From contig JBJCIZ010000401.1 of NCBI GenBank assembly GCA_051294375.1, positions 1-28,114 of the forward strand: a DNA stretch of 28,114 nucleotides, read 5' to 3'. Under the pieces are notes generated by a model that was given only the letters and a program-made list of their open reading frames with translations, was not told where the DNA came from and ran no database searches. Both the position numbers and the translations under genes were made by a program. Origin of the DNA: Paraspadella gotoi. Lineage: Eukaryota > Animalia > Chaetognatha. Each line of letters begins with the position of its first letter. Positions within the stretch are counted from its first letter, which is position 1. Below, in pieces: positions 23,666 through 28,114 of the stretch.

Positions 23666-23954
23666 TGAGAGAAGAGAGAGAGAGAAGGAGACATAAAATA
23701 AAATAGAGGATATTTGTTTGTTTTTATAAAATGTAAACAAAACATATTTAATAACTGTCCTACACCAATTTTAAGACATCGATGATTGATAAGTTGAATA
23801 TAAATTTTAAAATTAATTATTACATATTAAAATTAATTAATTAATTAATTATCGATTATTAATTAATTAATTATCGTAGGCAGATCCGACATTTTTGCTC
23901 AAACTTGTTTATCCTATCTCTGAATCCAAAATAACCCGTAACAGGCACACCCAC

Positions 23955-24933
23955 TAGAGCGTTGAAAAATAACAAAATATAACAAATCAAGTGAGGTACA
24001 TAGCTATTTTAGTGTAATGTAGTTCTGTAGAATTCGATGATGAATGACCATTGTTTTGTATAATTTTATCTTTCTTGTCGAAAATAAGGGTTTTTAATGT
24101 ATATAAAATTATTAAAACCATTATAAGTTATGATAAATCAAATTATTAAAATTTTATAAAATTTATATGAGCTTTTGAAATATAAAAATAAAGATTATAT
24201 AAAAATATTTTGGTAAGTTTATATCTAAATTTTATGTTTTATAAAAAGTTAGTTAACTATATTTATTAATAATTATGAGTAAAAATTGGCTAAAGTTAAA
24301 AAATAATAATTTCAAAATTTTTTTCATGGATTTGCATTCTTTGCAAAAAGTTGATATAAGAAAATATAATTTTTATATCAAAATTATGTCATTAAGTTGG
24401 TCAAAATTCAGAAAAACTATAATTTTAAGCCCAAAATTGAAAAATTAAACAAAAATAATAGTTGTTAATATTTTTAAACCTACTTATGAAAGAATTTTAA
24501 AATGGATTATATTTTCTTATATCAACTTTTTTGTAAGGAAATTCAAATCTGGTTTTAAAATTTAAAATTTTTTTTTTTTTCACTTTAGCTTATTTTTTAT
24601 TATTATTTATTAATAAATATAGCTAACAAACTATTAATAAAATATAAAATTTGTAAATAAACTTACCAAAATATTTATATGGGTCTTTATTTTCATATTA
24701 TGTAAGTTAAATATGGCTTTTATAAAATCTTAATAATTTGAGTTTCTCATACTCTACAATGTTTGCTCCATTTTAATAGCATCTTATATGCTGCAAAAAA
24801 TCGCCATTTCCGACAAAGAAGATGAGACTATACAAAAAATGGTTATCATCATCGAATTCTACAGACTTTATTACACTAAAATAGCTATGTACCTCACTTG
24901 ATTTGTTATATTTCGTTATTTTTCAACGCCCTA
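23955..24933. mobile_element. hAT-type MITE, copy 2 (979 bp)
   Basis: Termini TAGAGCGTTGAAAAATAAC/GTTATTTTTCAACGCCCTA, with an exact 8-bp target duplication ACACCCAC (23947-23954 and 24934-24941). Similar throughout to 5977-6957. Confidence 0.92.
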
Positions 24934-24946
24934 ACACCCACATTAC

Positions 24947-25195
24947 GTAACATTTGGCGCGAACCTCGTCTGTATCTTCCCGTTTGCAGGGAATTTGATT
25001 GAAGACGAGCGGGTTTGGCTGGGGACCCTTGGGCCACTTCTCCTCCCTCATGCAGATCTGATAGAAGTAGGGCTTCTGCTTGCAGACGGCGTCCAGGAAG
25101 CTTTTTCCGTTCAACCCGCGGCCGGATTTGGAACACGTGCCGTTTGTGAAATAGGGCAGATTGTAAACTGCTTTACATCCGGGCCACGTGCTGTT
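24947..25195 (-). CDS. Probable 249-nt exon of a Cys-rich protein (weakly C-type-lectin-like, C-half)
   Basis: Acceptor tttttgattccctaacag and donor TAC|GTAATG. Open frame NSTWPGCKAVYNLPYFTNGTCSKSGRGLNGKSFLDAVCKQKPYFYQICMREEKWPKGPQPNPLVFNQIPCKREDTDEVRAKCY, GC-rich at third positions. Confidence 0.65.
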
Positions 25196-25419
25196 CTGTT
25201 AGGGAATCAAAAAATATCGAAAAATATTTAACCGAAGGGATTTGCGAGAAGGCTAAAAATAGCCGAGTTAACAAAAAATATACTATCAAGTAGTTTTTCA
25301 AAGATCAGGAATAAAACATTATTGAATAATTGATAATTCTTTGGAGTTTTTGGAAAAAATTAAAAACAGATTTTCTAGAAACGTAAAAAATTAAAAACAG
25401 ATTTTCTAGAAACGTAAGC

Positions 25420-25765
25420 TTTTTCAACATTATGAAATCAGGAGTAAGCTAAAAATTTCATTCAGAACAATTTTTTCTAGGGAAAATAAAACATATATAA
25501 ATGTAAATCATAATAAAGCTTATTTTTCAAATACTAAGAATAAGGGGTATATTTCTTTTACTGAGAAAGATTTGAATATTGTCCTCAACTTTATTTTAGA
25601 TAATGTTTTTGTCAAATTTGGCTCCTTAATTTATAAACAAACATTAGGAATACCAATTGGACTAGATTCTGGTCAAGATATTGCCAATATGTTGTTATTT
25701 TATTTTGAATCAACATATATGGAAAATGTGTCAAAAAATAATTTAGGAATCGCTAGACAATTGTT
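25420..25765 (+). pseudogene. Penelope-like element reverse transcriptase fragment
   Basis: FSTL (DFSTLY-like) followed by KAYFSNTKNKGYISFTEKDLNIVLNFILDNVFVKFGSLIYKQTLGIPIGLDSGQDIANMLLFYFE, matching the PLE RT Q..GIPMG...IANL.L...E motif. Truncated before YxDD. Confidence 0.85.
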
Positions 25766-25809
25766 ACGAGGCTAGGGATCTCGCCCCTGCTCAGCAACTT
25801 ACCCAGAGA

Positions 25810-27040
25810 GAGATTCTCTCTCTCTCTCTCTCTGCTCTCTCTCTCATTTCTCTTAATCTGGTCTCTTTCTCATCTTTATCGTATCTCTTGCGTGAATCGT
25901 TCGTTTTTTTTGAAAAATTCTGATTATTTTTTTCCTTCTCAAAACTTTTAATTATATTGTCTCATTTATTCCGCGCTTTTTTCTGCTTTACCTGGATTTA
26001 GTGCCGGTTGCGAGGCAAGCGAGTAAACAATGTCGAAGGAACATGACCGTAATAACGCGTTAAACGGCAATATTATTATTAATATTTGGAAGTCAAAAAT
26101 ATCATATCGTTAACTGAGTGATTTTCACTTATATAATTTTGTTAATAGGGATTAGTAATTTTTCAATGTACAGAAAAATTTCTTATATGGCTTCTTTTTC
26201 TCTCTCTCTCTCTTTCCTCATCTCTCCCTCAGTCTCTCTCTCTTGATTTCTCTCCTTCTCTTCTCCTCGTTCCTCCTCTCTTCCGTTTCTCTCGTCTCCT
26301 TTCTCTCGCGAGATCTCTATGCTCTTTCCTCTCTCTGGTCTCTCTCGTCTCTTCTCTCCTGCTCTCTCGTCCTTTCTCTCTCTATTCTCTGTTTTTTTCC
26401 TTCCTAAAACTTTATCGGGGGCATTTATTCCGCAGCTTCTTTTCCCGTCAACACGACAAAAATCGAGCCAATTTACAATCCAGATTCGAGTTCGTGTTTG
26501 TTTGTCTTCTCGCTAAAAATTCTGATTATTCTTTATATAAAACGAGACGAGAGCCCTAGATCAATGGCGTTTCGTCTCGGAGGGAAAAGCTGTCGCAGCC
26601 TCCCGCTGGCTCTTCTTGTCTTACGGAGTCTGTCGGACACTCTCCGTCTGGTCATCTTTCTCACTCGTTAAAGACTCATACGCGAATTTGTGTTTTGTTT
26701 TATTCTAGCGATGAATGATTTATCGCGTTCAATGAATTAGCTAATCATCCAATCAATGAATGACCTATCATCGTATCAATTGCAATGCTTATCATGCATA
26801 TCAATTAAATGAACTTCATCCGCATATCTTTTGATATCTATAACAAGTGATTGAATTATGAAGTCAAGTATCAGTCGATTGGTTAATCTAATTGGTTATC
26901 ATTTACTTGAGGGGGGTCAATTATCTATCAGGTCGCATCAATATTTTGGTTATGGCATACAGAAATGCAATATTTGGTTACCGTAAACAATATATGTAGC
27001 ATCGAAGCGGCTCGATCCTTATGCTTATAAGATTTTTTTT
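25810..27040 (+). repeat. Very noisy or degraded copy of the 3' part of DINE-like element 2, with CT microsatellites
   Basis: tcgttcgtttt..gaaaaattctgattatt, catttattccgcgc, gcatcaatatttgg and ggctcgatcc..aagattttt occur in the same order as in 22000-22528. Confidence 0.7.
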
Positions 27041-27202
27041 TTGCTCTCTATATTTTTTTTTTTTTTTTTTTTAGTAATTTTTGACTCAGGATCAGAGGGA
27101 TGCTCTGCATTCAAGGAATTTTGATTTTTAAGAATTTTAAAATCTTTATTTTTTTGAAAAGAAATTTCATCCAGGATTTTATCCACGTTTTGGGCGTGTG
27201 GA

Positions 27203-28114
27203 GAGCCACAATTGGGCGCCAGAATGTTTTGCGGATATATGTCGGCCGCAAAAAGTGATCAATCCTACAACTAGCTCCAGTAGCTCACTTTTTCCTCATC
27301 AGGAAAAACGTTTTATTAGAGTTTTAATTTTTGTAGTTTATTTAGCAATCGCTTTATTTCCAGACAGTGAGGGCGCGTTGCAGGCCAAGGAATTTCCTAA
27401 TCCAGGGACGATTTGGGGCATAAGTTTCTCATCTATGATCCTGAGTTCGCTTGAGGTCCGCGGTCTTGCTGGGGCGCAGTTGTTCTTCTTTCGTTCTTGG
27501 AGGCCAGCCTGAACTGCCCCCAGAAGCCTTTGTTACACTGCTTTTTATAAAAAAACTAGCCATTACCCTGTGCCTCCTCATCTACATAAAATAGAGGGGC
27601 AATCTGCATTGGTTGCAAGCTAAGGAACCTGAGTACCCCTGCCTGCTCCGTTGAGGACGCTCAAGTCTCTCCTCTCTTCATCCTATTGGTGAGGGCTGTG
27701 AATATCTGCAGATCTCTCTTTCCTCCCTGCTCTCTCTTTCTGAGGTGTCGCAAGCTTGTCATTGGTTTCTTTCTGTTTTCACTCGCGCAAACTTCTTCAG
27801 CATTAGATTGATGCTATGCTGAGATAGCTGAACATAGCTATAAGGAGTGACGAGAAAACTTGCTCAGGTAACCTATCGGCTTTCTCTTTTCCTAACCTCA
27901 GGTAGGATGGAGCTAAGGGGCGTAGCAGCCTAGCTGCCAGGTAAACCTCTCTCTTTCGCTTCCCGTAACCTTAGGTTGGGCGGAGGCAGAGGGGGCCGAA
28001 GGAGTAGCAAGCTGAGGAACCTGCTCTCTTCCTTCCCCTCATCCTTAGGTTGCTGAGACAGGGGCGAGAAGACTAGCTGGCAAGGTACCGTCTCTCTTCC
28101 GCTTCCCTATCCTT
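27203..28114 (-). mobile_element. 5' LTR and tRNA-Lys primer-binding site of an LTR retrotransposon, internally truncated
   Basis: The minus strand reads ..AAAACA (LTR end, 27225), TTC, then TGGCGCCCAA (27221-27212), which is complementary to the tRNA-Lys(CUU) 3' end. Upstream are TATAAAAAG (~27549), AATAAA motifs and ~70-bp tandem repeats at 27860-28114. Confidence 0.65.

Larger units (their letters stand above)
16448..23909 (+). mobile_element. Composite Helentron/DINE-1-like element 1, right copy (length inflated by a 2.7-kb duplication)
   Basis: 5' TTTTT-AGTCGGATCTGC hairpin and GTCC microsatellites. The 3' subterminal inverted repeat GCAGATCCGAC (23880-23890) is followed by a short hairpin and CTTGTTT. 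Confidence 0.75.

Noticed and set aside
25355-25417. 31-bp exact tandem duplication (aaaaaattaaaaacagattttctagaaacgt)
   Set aside because: A local slippage or junction duplication with no further structure.
27280-27305. Further hammerhead cores at CTGATGA (minus strand ~27300; also 2409 and ~8986)
   Set aside because: No stem II followed by GAAA and an NUH site.

Overview
AT-rich eukaryotic, probably invertebrate, DNA made almost entirely of nested transposon debris, with no intact multi-exon gene. From left to right: (1) a decayed Gypsy integrase with a candidate PPT and 3' LTR; (2) a tRNA-derived SINE; (3) a deleted Tc1/mariner element (3215-7419, TA target duplication) holding a 2.4-kb palindrome of TTAGGG-punctuated satellite and a hAT MITE with a perfect 8-bp target duplication. 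(4) A ~16-kb imperfect inverted repeat (~8040-23909) is formed by two head-to-head copies of a composite Helentron/DINE-1-like element that enclose a 502-bp unique spacer containing a probable exon. The composite carries an inverted pair of Penelope-type minimal hammerhead ribozyme motifs and a second DINE-like element. The left arm alone has a foldback element, and the right arm alone has a solo-LTR-like insert. (5) Further right are a second hAT MITE, another Cys-rich minus-strand exon, a Penelope RT fragment and an LTR with a tRNA-Lys PBS. A 25-N gap flanked by a 2.7-kb direct duplication, plus indel-noisy stretches, indicates unpolished long-read gap filling, so the large structures need read-level validation. 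All calls were made by eye without database searches.
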